Shown here: in pieces, positions 46,201-55,402 of the stretch
Numbering within the stretch: position 1 is the first letter of the stretch
Layout of the letters: every line of letters starts with the position of its first letter
DNA from: a virus
Taxonomy: Duplodnaviria > Caudoviricetes
Length of the DNA: 64,000 nt
Strand: one strand, 5' to 3'
IMG/VR virus record: IMGVR_UViG_3300021411_000006
Location: 1-64,000 of that record
Translations under genes and position numbers: made by a program
Notes under the pieces: model-generated
Told to the model about the DNA's origin: nothing
Databases searched by the model: none
The model's input: only the letters and a program-made list of their open reading frames with translations

Positions 46201-49200
46201 TTTCAGCAGGGTTTGCACTATTATCCACTACCCACTTTGCAGCGTCCTCGGCACTATTGAAATCTGGTGCCTGGTCCTGCGGAGCAAGTTTGCCGATATT
46301 GTAGTTATATTTTTTAGCATGCTGTAGCAGAAAATTATTATACCCGGTTTTATTTCTCTTCACCAGCTGGCCGTTGGAGTATCTTATTACCCGCTTGCCG
46401 CCGACATTAGTCACCTTGTACTTACCGTGTATTAGAGCTGGCTGGTTGTATATTCCGGCACCTGGTTCGCTGTTTATCGCATTCACTAAAACTTCCTTAT
46501 CAGGGAAGGCAATAGTAATAGCGCGGTCGACTTCCGGATTACTGATCGGAGCGCCGCCAAACTTATTCGCCTTGCCGTCGTCATCCAACCCGTATTTCTG
46601 TTTTGCCAGCCCCAACAATACTTCTTTTGCCTTCGACGGATCTTTTTTAAGTTCCGCTCCGTAAGCATCTTTTATATTACCGTTTTCAACTTCGGATAAA
46701 AGGATCTCTTCGGGAACCTGGCTTTTTTCTTCTTCTTTCGTGGCGGGTTCTGTTTTTTGTTCTACGGGTTTTTCCTTCTTTTGCTCTTTCTCCCACTGCC
46801 CGTACTGCGCTACCAGCTCATCTTTTTTTACCTGGTCTGTCTCCGCAAAAATTTTCTCTTCCCACTCCTTATCCGTCTTGGGATCTTGGGGAAGATTATC
46901 GACGGGTGGCGGGACCTCGCTATCGATAATCTCTTCTTTTGTTTTTTGACTGTCGCCAATCAGCTTTTGTATTTCTTTTACTTTTTCTTCAGCCTTTTTC
47001 TTCAATACCGGTTCGCCTTCCTGGTCCGCTTTCCCCTGGGCCTCGGCAGCTTCAGTCTCCAGTCTCATCTCGTTTGCAGTTTGCAGCAAATAAGATTTTT
47101 GCTTTGCTTCAGGCATATCCTGCTCGTCCAGGGATCTCTTTACTTTATTCAGAAACAAAACTTTTTCCAGAACCTTTGCGACCTCTTCTTTTGTCATGCC
47201 GCTAAAATTATCGTTCTCGGCAAGTGTACGCGCAAAGCGGCGCGGACTACTGGCCACATCCCAAACGGCATCTTTTGTGAAGTTTCTATTTTTAAAGTCA
47301 TGGTAAGCACCGATCAGGGAAGGCGCGAAGCTCGCCACTGCGAATAATTTTAATACGTCTTCGTCTTCGCTGGCCGGGTGTACCTGTTGATATTTCTGCT
47401 CGTTCAGGCCCAGGATTTTATCCATGCCCTGCTTAAACTTCGTTATAGCCAGGATCTCTCCCAAGCTCTTGCTATATCCTTTCGTAAACAGCCCAGCTGC
47501 CTCCAGGGATTTTTTAAACCAGTTGGTAGCAAGTTCTTTCTTTGCTGCCATTGCGATATTCTCGCTGCTTAAAGCCTCCAATACATCTTTTATACTTTTC
47601 TTTCCTACACCCATTACCTCGCTGATCTTATTTGCAGGCAACAGGTTCAGCATTGCCACATAAGAGGCAGCAGTCGTGTACCCGCTAAGTATTGCCTTAC
47701 CTGGTTCGCCTGGATATTTCGCATCGCCCTCTTTCAGTGCGTCACCCAGGAAAGTAGATGCCGCGACACCTTTACCGATTGCGGCATTTAATGCAGGCGA
47801 AGGATTGAACGCTGTACTTGCAGTGAGACCACCTGTAAACCCGGCCAGCCCTTTGGCTACATTACCGGTCGCGGCCATCGACATTAGAAAGCCCCCGAAA
47901 TCAGATATCTCCCCGATGATTTTGTAAGCGCCTTTCTCACCAGCGCTCACCTGTGTCGCTTCATCGTTTATCGACTCCCTTATATTTTCGGAGGCTGTTT
48001 GGTTTGAGAAAGTGTTTTTTAGTCCTGTCAGCTGCTTTTCGATACCACCAGACAAGCGATTCAAAAATCCAGGAACATCGATATATTTTTTCAGATCCTT
48101 ACTTACGATCTCGTCGTATATCTTTTTCTTTGTCGGGTTGTTCGCGTACAGATCCGCTGCAATCTTATCGGTGATCTCCTGGTTTTTGCCAGAGTCAAAA
48201 TCGGCGAAGTAACTATTTTTGTGCAGCTCCTGACGCTTCCGGCTAACCTCATTGGCCACCACGTTTACACCGAAGTCAGGAAACTCCTTTAGCAGGTTAT
48301 TGGACAGATGGTAATACTCTTCCTGGTACAGGTTCTTTGGTCCGCCGTAAACATTCGGTGCCCCGGACTCAACAAAGGCTGGGATGTTACGGTCTTGTAA
48401 GCCCCTGGAAACTATCTGGCCCATCTTCGCATTACCGATCAGCTCACGGTAATCGATCATGCCGTTAATAAATTCATTTGGGTGAGCCATCTCCAGGGCT
48501 TTTACTTGCTCATCAAAGTGCGGGTTTTCGCGCCGATATTTTTTCAGGAAATAATCTTCCAAGTTTTTGCTTTGCTCAATCTCGCTGACAGTATTATCGT
48601 ATTCAGCAATTTTTTGCTTTGCCAGGTCAAAGGTTTCATTGCCGTCCGGAGCTTTGCCACCATTGGCAGCGATTTTTGCATCGGCATATTTTTTTGCCTC
48701 CAGACCATTGTTGAAGGTGTACTCTTTTACATAGTTTTGAACGGCGTTACTTTTGGCCAGGCCGTCGTAAAGTTTATTATGTTTAATGGTATAGTCTTCC
48801 CAATCGTTCTCTGCCTTTATTTTATTGCCAGGTGTTTTCTGTGCAGTCGACTCGCCGGTACGGAAAAACTCATTGTTCAGTAGTGGGGTAAAGGCATCGG
48901 ATGCTTTTTTGTTTTTCTCCCGGATCGGATCAAGTATCGACTTTACAGGATCGTCGCTACCAACTTCTTGTTTAAACGTATCGACAGCTGATCCCAGCTC
49001 GTCGCTGACATGGCCAGCCTCGGGTATTTTGATCCGGTGTACCTGGTTTGCGATATCTCCAGGTGTGCCCAGCTTTTCTGGGTTTAAATATCTTTTTCTG
49101 CCGTCCGCTTCATTCAGGTATGGAAATTCCTCTGGCTTCTTAACGTTTGGCGATGGGCCAGCGGAAGTAGTAGGCTTTGAAGAAATCTCTGATACGTCCC

Positions 49201-49411
49201 ACCAATTTTTCCCAGCTTCTTTTTTTTTTAATTCCAGGGATGATTCAAAATCGGAATAGTCCAGGAAAAGCCCTTTGGTAGTCTTTTCTGTACTGAACAG
49301 GTTAAAAACTTCCTTAGAATTTCTGGTAAGCTGATCCCGGAAATCGCCCTCGTCCAAAAAGATACCGCTGGACTTAATCGCTTCGTAGGCTTCTTTTATT
49401 CTATCTGGCAT
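40217..49411 (-). CDS. giant ejection/polyvalent protein (3064 aa) with RadC-like JAB and zincin (HExxH) domains
   Basis: HNHPSG.MTPS.AD at 44945-44962; HEIGH at 43616-43630; helical C-terminal region; third gene of the ejection cluster. Confidence 0.85.
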   Translation of the reverse strand: MPDRIKEAYEAIKSSGIFLDEGDFRDQLTRNSKEVFNLFSTEKTTKGLFLDYSDFESSLELKKKEAGKNWWDVSEISSKPTTSAGPSPNVKKPEEFPYLNEADGRKRYLNPEKLGTPGDIANQVHRIKIPEAGHVSDELGSAVDTFKQEVGSDDPVKSILDPIREKNKKASDAFTPLLNNEFFRTGESTAQKTPGNKIKAENDWEDYTIKHNKLYDGLAKSNAVQNYVKEYTFNNGLEAKKYADAKIAANGGKAPDGNETFDLAKQKIAEYDNTVSEIEQSKNLEDYFLKKYRRENPHFDEQVKALEMAHPNEFINGMIDYRELIGNAKMGQIVSRGLQDRNIPAFVESGAPNVYGGPKNLYQEEYYHLSNNLLKEFPDFGVNVVANEVSRKRQELHKNSYFADFDSGKNQEITDKIAADLYANNPTKKKIYDEIVSKDLKKYIDVPGFLNRLSGGIEKQLTGLKNTFSNQTASENIRESINDEATQVSAGEKGAYKIIGEISDFGGFLMSMAATGNVAKGLAGFTGGLTASTAFNPSPALNAAIGKGVAASTFLGDALKEGDAKYPGEPGKAILSGYTTAASYVAMLNLLPANKISEVMGVGKKSIKDVLEALSSENIAMAAKKELATNWFKKSLEAAGLFTKGYSKSLGEILAITKFKQGMDKILGLNEQKYQQVHPASEDEDVLKLFAVASFAPSLIGAYHDFKNRNFTKDAVWDVASSPRRFARTLAENDNFSGMTKEEVAKVLEKVLFLNKVKRSLDEQDMPEAKQKSYLLQTANEMRLETEAAEAQGKADQEGEPVLKKKAEEKVKEIQKLIGDSQKTKEEIIDSEVPPPVDNLPQDPKTDKEWEEKIFAETDQVKKDELVAQYGQWEKEQKKEKPVEQKTEPATKEEEKSQVPEEILLSEVENGNIKDAYGAELKKDPSKAKEVLLGLAKQKYGLDDDGKANKFGGAPISNPEVDRAITIAFPDKEVLVNAINSEPGAGIYNQPALIHGKYKVTNVGGKRVIRYSNGQLVKRNKTGYNNFLLQHAKKYNYNIGKLAPQDQAPDFNSAEDAAKWVVDNSANPAEIASTWLQLPRQPQELSSVEQAIAIEGIGKVKQESFERVKDKNLISGSVAKNYFSKKGRSLDDIANSISQHGEGVEVTPDDVAEFMMRFPWGIDPDGTVKSEVHHQAETKFAELTGIPLSSGNGREAIAKLAASQHVAPDEAYKGGDADYEAMPQAEKDQWLKEMAEQEVLENDESSDNFNDQENEPGQDDIDREDTPEHSGEPVRDEDTGDDTTGAPGEIPGDAGGRPGTEGGAQRAGNAPGADEALKEQARKDLNNIFGNDLSAKEQIKLDFDNPTQHEGTIKNKEGKSEAVQYESINGSAEYGTISGTVQRPGETPSNDSHNIRTVEQVWSEEHGLRFTGTASVKSAADVAHIMRLLEDKSIEFGFAVHVDKQGNSHIQFVSMGAVTETPMDRKMILAGAKKFSAVKTYLIHNHPSGQMTPSSADIGLTKGTGKMMDELGIEMEHLIMDTYKEEYVLLDKYGNQEGIFKREEKPAEGEPLAVHKLDGMKALSAPISEPPFNSEEVAGVIYGLRFSAIPKAGMLIADAKSSIIGNYVFKDGMNSKEMLENFAGHAAATTIFLYGNRPVNEVTGELRAMMETCGVSNIALFDYINVVGGGPDVQGAYDYISAADQGILKDDVQKKYGTNKLSNTGLKDELKAAQALLTKAQKDLRDAEDKIAKTQAAQGGMFGGSEQVSLFGVKRDEAKNILDPLRLKVNEAKAAVEKLQVKSRDEDRQAKGQTSLFDPQAEYGDKAAKVEEWVKKQKAAGMSDKDITDILQERTAMSKKEAEDYVDQFATGHYSDIPKEATTDNRLMPIDFPELVQLARTIAEGKYPEIKKLATAFGYFSPALKKIVLNRELFNPAHYDDLMKTMAHEIGHFVDFIPDETLSRGNILGRIASLKAFMEKFLPKEPGGPGPLTQADIDRITAEEKAKPDDDIITEEDEYIEKVTGLTPDDVLAVWNDVQAGINNPALLDFIQRLSTKDKKRIVVAAMKGLIDDMLKKFTKIEKIPTGNKIQVITKGEGWRDRAKDRIRDEMNKRMLWEERKIYEEAYRFSKLWRPYDEATASPGFRKYRKSSVEIYADMISGLFNSPGQLEKKAPMFFQAFMNYLDQKPAFKAVYEDLMDLLTDPEKVKAEREKNTIEGYRKAEAKRADLLKIEKRNEGLWARVKREMFSVFSPLGDKLDTTKTGNKLSQYEETRNAFEQMEMWKAPAALMLNNYNTKTVKPVRDAGVSLDDVGLIVQYTRNMSPARKGKGNPLGLQTDEQNLDLIQKVLDKYTSAQQDVIQEALDNFYELGFNTIEDAYDSGLMSRDQMDEAEKNKFNYATYKPVKYITELIQSAQMLGIQGGLGEIANPFLETMVKMVMVQRAASKNRAIVIGKESLQKVDPDSVIACAYDFRGNPSVKLKPGQEYIRYKQGGKNKIFITEKYIAEVYNAHPPEKVSLVNEMLSAAAIPLRMAWTKYNPGFIFIVNPVKDSKRTIKNTIAILSANGALQKRDFIKIHAEYAQSWWASYYDTKSFFKHEPTGVAKRMLEYGAVNPESALFAGFDANYNGMANFLSHYDFLSGHLGISKRRTLMTKIRDLALIIPEYFLAKPGSHIEMRTKVAMFKILEKHMGPEAAAYYTRNYIGTPNYSERFGAKKFISWIPFSSVILQGLRTDAGIATAPKGKGAYWLYVGLTIGIPALLTAAAKNGLFGKDLEDWFEKVGSYNRSNYMLIPLGVTETGKAKGLKIPLDDVETFTWNNIQNLTEKTSVKQKIRGVLDGVVNRLPDYQSGVDLYSKWWEYAVNDINPYDKFKKRNVIGDRNFKMGGKEALGDMFKWSLNKLGIRVPQYDDGTMSTKEKIISMIPALRRIYFETDRGDREALDKVQSEQERKAAIRLQGIDVDLKKALDAQTDSVVKGGEVDMRKLIFDTFKAYTGKDAPQTEQDGRDMQTIASKAIVLLKKDDVKNLAQSAKEKMFANQIINVQSNETKKAIVDLYKADATEQEFSDFVKFLKDNRIYMYRP

Positions 49412-49413
49412 AG

Positions 49414-50979
49414 TTATTTATATTGTCCGCCATCAGCAAGGAACTGTTGCCGCTGTGCGGGTGACATTTTTTTATACTCAGCTGTCGTTATCGTTTTGCC
49501 CGCTGCTTTCGGGGGAGGTTTCGGCCCATTGGGATTATCCTTTATGATCTCCTGTCTTTGCGGTGCCGTATTATTAAAATCTTCATCGATCTGCACCTGT
49601 TCCAATGGCGCGATCACCTGGCCGGACTGTTTGTCGTAAATATTAACCGTGCCATCAGCTTCCTTTTTCAGTTTCACATCTCCCTGGCGGAAAGACTTAT
49701 CCCATATCCTGCTACCCGATCCGGGAGCGATGTTGTTCACCTTTTTAATAATATACTCCTGTATGCTTCCGTTCAGCGATGACATTGGGATGTTGCCTGT
49801 AGCGTCGGCTGCACCGACGATCTTCTGGTAAACCGGGTTGTACACCTTCGTCTTATCGCCAGTATTGATCGTAGTCCTGTAACTATAGTTCGGGTTGCGC
49901 GACTGCTGTGCATTGACCGGTTCTTTTGTTATCCTTTCATCTGCCTGGTCGAAAGCAACTTTACGGCGTACCACTTCCTCGTCAGGGACTTCCATTGTAG
50001 AAAGGATCTGGTTGGCCAGGTCTTTTTGCATGCTCAGGCGCTTGGCCACTGGAATTGATTTTAAACTCATCCCATATTTTTGATCCAGTTGGTTACTGGC
50101 TTGTCTCAGGGCATCGTATTCGTATTGTTTTTTTATGGTGCCTAGTTCACGCTTTACACCCTTCTCCAGCTCAACCTTACGCCCAATATTTGAAGTGAAG
50201 TCGATGTAAGCGTCTTCAGGTAATACCTTCACTTCCTTTCCGCCGATTGTCGCGGGCTCTGACTTAGTTACTACTTCAAAAGAATAGTCTGGATTTTGCC
50301 GCAGCTCCTGGTATCTCCCGTTGTATTTTGTTTGGATCTGCCTGAAACCGATTGTTCCATCCGATCCTTTTGCTTTATAGTAATCGGTATTTGGTACGGA
50401 GTCTTTTGGAAAGTCGTAAAGTTTTCCAGCATTATTCACGTTCAGCGCATCCGGATATTTTTTAAGCACGTCTATTAGCAGGTTACCATTATCAGCGCCA
50501 GGCTTGCGGCCCAATAACTCCAGCGTCATCAGGTCCCTTACTTTATTTTGGTCCACGCCATCCCCCTCTTTTACAGTCGCCAGTTGTTTTTCCAGGTCAC
50601 TCATCCCGTTCTTAAAAGAGTTTTGCAGGACATCAAGATCCCGGACAGAAGCGGCGACATACTGATTTATTTCAGAGTCGGATTTCCCTTCCCGGTACAT
50701 CTTTTCTACAGCCGCCATAGTTTCCTCAGCTTTTTTACCGACTACTAAATCAGGTTTTACCTGATCGGTGCCGGTAATGCCAGTGTTGATCTTATATTCC
50801 CGCAACGGCTTTGTTAACCGCTCGTGGTTATCGTCGGCATCTTTACGAAGCTTCGCCGCCAGTTCCGCTCTTTTAATTCTTACAGCCTGGTCCTTTAACC
50901 CCATCTCATCACCCTGCTTCAACACCTCCCAGGGGGAAGGGGTATTTTGTTCCAGGACTGCGCCATACGGTGTAATCAT
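49414..50979 (-). CDS. putative ejection (internal virion) protein
   Basis: 521 aa helical protein between nozzle and giant protein. Confidence 0.7.
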   Translation of the reverse strand: MITPYGAVLEQNTPSPWEVLKQGDEMGLKDQAVRIKRAELAAKLRKDADDNHERLTKPLREYKINTGITGTDQVKPDLVVGKKAEETMAAVEKMYREGKSDSEINQYVAASVRDLDVLQNSFKNGMSDLEKQLATVKEGDGVDQNKVRDLMTLELLGRKPGADNGNLLIDVLKKYPDALNVNNAGKLYDFPKDSVPNTDYYKAKGSDGTIGFRQIQTKYNGRYQELRQNPDYSFEVVTKSEPATIGGKEVKVLPEDAYIDFTSNIGRKVELEKGVKRELGTIKKQYEYDALRQASNQLDQKYGMSLKSIPVAKRLSMQKDLANQILSTMEVPDEEVVRRKVAFDQADERITKEPVNAQQSRNPNYSYRTTINTGDKTKVYNPVYQKIVGAADATGNIPMSSLNGSIQEYIIKKVNNIAPGSGSRIWDKSFRQGDVKLKKEADGTVNIYDKQSGQVIAPLEQVQIDEDFNNTAPQRQEIIKDNPNGPKPPPKAAGKTITTAEYKKMSPAQRQQFLADGGQYK

Positions 50980-51001
50980 TTCTATTATTTTTTTACTCTT
51001 G

Positions 51002-51595
51002 TTATAACCCTGCTAAGGCCATTGCACTTGCCGACCCAGCGCCGCCTCCACCACCGAAAGCGCTGCCTGCCATCGACAGCGATCCGCCGATACCTTGCAG
51101 TGCGTTAAAGGTGTTCTGTGTTGCTACCGATCTTATTCCAAGTCTTTGCTGTAACTGGCGAAGCCTATCGGCCCAAACCTTATCGCCTTCGTTAATCATT
51201 GTGTTCTGTGCGCTCATTACTGTACCGGCACGATTCATTTTATCGGCAGATTCTTTCGCGGCAAGTTGTGCGAAAGCATCGTTACTTCCGCCCTGGAGTC
51301 CAGCGATGGTTGCAAGTACCTGCGAAGAGTCGGTCGCGTTCCTTTCGGTCGCCGCGGTTGCGTTGGCCTGGCCGGTCTCTATATTTTGCTCTTCCTGTGT
51401 TGCACCAGCCATCCTGCCCTGGTATAAATTTTGTGCAAGGGCAAGCTGTTGCTGTGCGTAAGGATCAATGGCTTTTACCCCAAGCTGATTGAGGTCCTTC
51501 ATGTTCCTTTTATTTTGTTTTGCGCTCACGATCATACCGGCAATATTTGTCAGTAATGACGCTCCGGCTGCTACAGCTGCTTCTGGTCCTGGCAT
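51002..51595 (-). CDS. putative small ejection/DNA-transfer protein
   Basis: Ala/Gly/Gln-rich with hydrophobic AG-rich ends, like podovirus gp7/gp14-type pilot proteins. Confidence 0.7.
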   Translation of the reverse strand: MPGPEAAVAAGASLLTNIAGMIVSAKQNKRNMKDLNQLGVKAIDPYAQQQLALAQNLYQGRMAGATQEEQNIETGQANATAATERNATDSSQVLATIAGLQGGSNDAFAQLAAKESADKMNRAGTVMSAQNTMINEGDKVWADRLRQLQQRLGIRSVATQNTFNALQGIGGSLSMAGSAFGGGGGAGSASAMALAGL

Positions 51596-51613
51596 ATCTT
51601 TAATTTTTTGTTG

Positions 51614-54600
51614 TTATACAAATTGGTGGCCTGCCGCTACACGGTGGCCTATATTTATAAATTTCAGTTGTAACAGTTCGTCGGTATCCCACTCTGCCAT
51701 TATATACATCCACGGTCCCCGCATTCTATCACCTTTGCGAAGCTTCTCCAGTGGTCCACCGATAACGTTAGGGCTTAACCGGTCCCGCAGGATCGGTGCG
51801 TAATAAATTCCTTCTCTGGTCCTGAAATCAGTATCCTCCAGGTCGCTGCTTTGTACGTTCGGTGTTTCTGTTCTCAGGTGGACAAAAGTTGGTGGCATAT
51901 TTGCCTCAACTGCCAGTGCCAGTTCGGTTTTTATTTTACTTGGCGTGTCAGCGGTCCTGGCAACAAACATTATTCTGCTCTTTCCTGCATCGCCAAAGAA
52001 AGTATTATAGGCTGTGTTTTTACCTTGCTCCCATACCTTTCCATCTTTAAACGCAAGCAGGCTCGACCCAACAGTACAAAACATCTCAGGCTCGTATCCG
52101 TGGGGTATTGACCACTTGCTCTCATTGATCCGGAAGACAAGCACTTTCGGCAGGCCGTCGTATATATCGTATGGGTACGGATACGTGTAATCATTCGCTC
52201 CGACGTTCACCTCTTCGCCTGTATCTTCAAGCTCGTGGCTTTCTTCAGTAGGCACAAGTCCGGAAGCTGGAGTTATCAGCACCATATAAGCCAAAATCGA
52301 TGCAGCAAAAGCCGCCTCGTTTGCCCCCATGAATTGAAGGTCACCGAAAGAAACCATTGTCGGTGCAGTACCGAGAGTTGCGTATGCGGGCAAACCGGTG
52401 ACGATTGCACCCAGTACAGCAGTATTAGTGATCGCGTACCAGCCAGTAGTTACAACCGAATTAAGAAAGACAGCATAAACAGAGTATGCCTGGTATTGAC
52501 CGGCACCACGGTTTGCAATGTATTTCATTGTAAAAATAGGAATGCCTGTCAGCCCAGTACCACCGTAGTCGATATATCCTTTTGGCGGATCTTCTTCGGT
52601 TTGCGGCAGCGCCCATAAAAACTCATTGTGATAAGGGTCGACACCACCAAAAATAAATCTCCGCGTTCCAACGTCGTCAGCAGCTTCCAAACCCTCCAGT
52701 CTTTTACAGAAAGCCTGTATAGCCCGCTTCATCCCCAGGTCGCTGATCGGAAACAATCCGTTGCCTGCATAGCGGACAGCGCAATAACTTTTCACATCGA
52801 TCCAGGCGACCTGGCCGTTATGCTGCACTACGCTTTCGGGATTGTTGGTACCATAGTCACCTTTCAAAATATTCACTTGCCCGATGAAGCCGGTTGACTT
52901 CGCCAGAAAGCTGTTTCCTTTTTGGTCAAAGAGTTCCACTTCTCCCAGGTAGATACTTGCCGTTTGGTTCTCACCGATTGCAAGCATCACACTACCTTCC
53001 GCCTGTACCTTACTGGCAAGGATCAGTTTTCTGATCGTACCCATCTCAGTGGCAAGTATCTCTTTGTTCAGCGCTTCAAAGCCACTGAGCCCGTTTGTTT
53101 GTGTGCCGGGTATGTAGACGTTACTAAAAGAAATACCTGTCTTTTTTCTTACCTGGCCGAGCTTTGTAATAACATTTGGCCTGCCCGCATCCGTGAACCA
53201 CCGCTGATAATAAAGGTCATTAGGATTCATCGCCTCTGCATAATATGTCGTTGAATTATAATTCCTGGTAAGCGCCACGACATCTCCGCGGAAAGATCCA
53301 AGCAGTACCGAGTAGGTTCTCGCAGGATCTCCGGGAGTGGTGACTGGGTATAAATCGCCGACCTGGAAAAAGGGCTCTTGCTCACTGGTTTTATACGGCG
53401 AATAGATCCTGTAAACAAATTTCACCGTCGTCGCTGGCACAGTATTAAGTGTACCTACATCGGTTGCTTTAAGCAGGATATACTTACCATCTTGTCCGAT
53501 AACCGGCAAATTGTAGGTGGTGCTATCCTGGCGGATCAATATACACTGATCGCCATCCGTCAGGGTGTACCCGAGCCCAGCTCGTAACAGTGCCGACGTG
53601 TCGAGGGCAACGGCTACAACAGTATTGCTAAAGGTCAGCGCAGTATATTCCAGCAATCCGGTAGTAGGATTCCTGGTTGCATATTTTGTCGTCTCATCGT
53701 ATGCTGATATAAAATTTCTCGTCGTCAGGTTCAAGCTGCGGTCGACGCTATAATAATAAGCCCAGTCTGGGATTTCAGTTGCGGCAGCTGCATTATTTAA
53801 AGTCCAGTCGATAGAAGCATACCCGGTAGTAAAGGCAAAGTTTCTGGCGGGTACTGATAAAGTCCCACTTCCTTCCACAATTCCACACTTGCGGAGATAT
53901 CTGTCATAAAAAGTGATACCAGCCTTATATTGTGACTGTGGAAGCATCAAAGGATAAGTAGATGTACTAATCCCCGTTATTGAGCAAGCGCTTGCGGTAT
54001 ATGTAAGAAAAGGTCCATCCCAGCGCCACGTACCTGCTTCAGCAGTGGCCAACACAACCGCGGTCATATCAGCGCCGCGGAATGCAAGTCCTGAGAAAGC
54101 TACTGTAGAAGGTGCCGCGGCGAGAGTTGGGTAAGTCCCGCTTGTAGTATCTATAAGCTCAGTTGCTGTAAGAGCGTACCAGCCAACTGGAACAACTTCG
54201 GTGAGGTAAACATAATAGCCGATGTAAGCATACGACTCTGATCCTACACGACCGTTACGGTGTTTAAGGATAATAAGATTTTTGCTCAGTGTCGTAAAGC
54301 CCAGGGTAATAGCGGTCGGTAAGGCAAGTGCCAAAGAGGTTGTAGCTGGAGTGTCATACCCTTCTGTATTATCTGCCAGTATGTTCCTGTTTTTGCCGGG
54401 AGCCATCGTGCCGGAGAACAGTGGCACAGAGTGAAACGGCCTTACCATATCGGCGGAAGCAAGCGTCTCACCGGTTACGTCCCCGTAAAAATCATAGCTA
54501 AGATCCTGCGTATTAATTAATACATTTTCAGCAGTAATGTTTCTGTCCCACTGTTTAATAACAGCAGCTTTCTCGGTTGACTCATCCAGGCGGACGAGCT

Positions 54601-55369
54601 GCACCAGCCTTACTGATTGGGGAACGGTTTCAGTAATGTCCAGTTTTACTTTTATAAAATTGTAATTATCCGTTGTCAGGTTGAACAGACTGGCACGACT
54701 CCAACCGCTAAGGACCGCTTCCTCGCCATCAAAGTAAACATAGCGAACAGCAAACTTATAGCTGTTCTTATCGACGAAGTTGTTATTATAGCCGCTGTTG
54801 TATGATTTTGTTATCGACGGCGGGTAAGCGCATGGCTTACGGATCAGCGTGATCTCAGTTTCATCGATAGGCAAAGTAATCGTATAGTCTTCGTCATACG
54901 GCGATCCCCCGGAGGCTTCCATAAATACTCCCAGGTTTAAGCGGCGAGGTTCATTATTGCCATCGGTAAAGTAAAGCAGCCCGTTTATTACATGCGCGCC
55001 GTTAATCAGCTTGTAGCGGTCAAAGTTCAGCCCTTGCGTAACATCGCTATCCTCCAGGACCATGTACCTGGTTTGGTTAAGCAGATCGTACAAGTATATG
55101 GCATGGTCATCGTTGGAGTTCCAGCCAAAGAAGATGGCATACCGGTCGGTATCATCCGCACAGGCACCTATACAAATGTTATCCCCAGCGGGAACCGCTT
55201 GCTCAATCGTCGTATTCCCTTTCACGCTTTCAAAACACCCGGTTGCCCCTAACTCAGTAGAACCAAAGCGAATGTTTAACCCGTTGATAAAAGCCTTCGC
55301 CGAGACCAGGTGAGGGGCCGTTTCAGCATCCAAAAACTCATTCCATATTTTTTTTTCACTCAAAGGCAC
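51614..55369 (-). CDS. tail nozzle/stabilisation protein (P22 gp10/crAss muzzle-like)
   Basis: 1251 aa; LDAE.APHLV...FINGLNIR...G..ESVKGN N-terminus; beta-propeller-like. Confidence 0.8.
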   Translation of the reverse strand: MPLSEKKIWNEFLDAETAPHLVSAKAFINGLNIRFGSTELGATGCFESVKGNTTIEQAVPAGDNICIGACADDTDRYAIFFGWNSNDDHAIYLYDLLNQTRYMVLEDSDVTQGLNFDRYKLINGAHVINGLLYFTDGNNEPRRLNLGVFMEASGGSPYDEDYTITLPIDETEITLIRKPCAYPPSITKSYNSGYNNNFVDKNSYKFAVRYVYFDGEEAVLSGWSRASLFNLTTDNYNFIKVKLDITETVPQSVRLVQLVRLDESTEKAAVIKQWDRNITAENVLINTQDLSYDFYGDVTGETLASADMVRPFHSVPLFSGTMAPGKNRNILADNTEGYDTPATTSLALALPTAITLGFTTLSKNLIILKHRNGRVGSESYAYIGYYVYLTEVVPVGWYALTATELIDTTSGTYPTLAAAPSTVAFSGLAFRGADMTAVVLATAEAGTWRWDGPFLTYTASACSITGISTSTYPLMLPQSQYKAGITFYDRYLRKCGIVEGSGTLSVPARNFAFTTGYASIDWTLNNAAAATEIPDWAYYYSVDRSLNLTTRNFISAYDETTKYATRNPTTGLLEYTALTFSNTVVAVALDTSALLRAGLGYTLTDGDQCILIRQDSTTYNLPVIGQDGKYILLKATDVGTLNTVPATTVKFVYRIYSPYKTSEQEPFFQVGDLYPVTTPGDPARTYSVLLGSFRGDVVALTRNYNSTTYYAEAMNPNDLYYQRWFTDAGRPNVITKLGQVRKKTGISFSNVYIPGTQTNGLSGFEALNKEILATEMGTIRKLILASKVQAEGSVMLAIGENQTASIYLGEVELFDQKGNSFLAKSTGFIGQVNILKGDYGTNNPESVVQHNGQVAWIDVKSYCAVRYAGNGLFPISDLGMKRAIQAFCKRLEGLEAADDVGTRRFIFGGVDPYHNEFLWALPQTEEDPPKGYIDYGGTGLTGIPIFTMKYIANRGAGQYQAYSVYAVFLNSVVTTGWYAITNTAVLGAIVTGLPAYATLGTAPTMVSFGDLQFMGANEAAFAASILAYMVLITPASGLVPTEESHELEDTGEEVNVGANDYTYPYPYDIYDGLPKVLVFRINESKWSIPHGYEPEMFCTVGSSLLAFKDGKVWEQGKNTAYNTFFGDAGKSRIMFVARTADTPSKIKTELALAVEANMPPTFVHLRTETPNVQSSDLEDTDFRTREGIYYAPILRDRLSPNVIGGPLEKLRKGDRMRGPWMYIMAEWDTDELLQLKFINIGHRVAAGHQFV

Positions 55370-55402
55370 GGTTAGATATTTTAACTATGTAATTTTACAG
55401 AC

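Noticed and set aside
40217-49411. crAss-type virion RNA polymerase
   Set aside because: No DxDxD (DFDID-like) catalytic motif found in the translation
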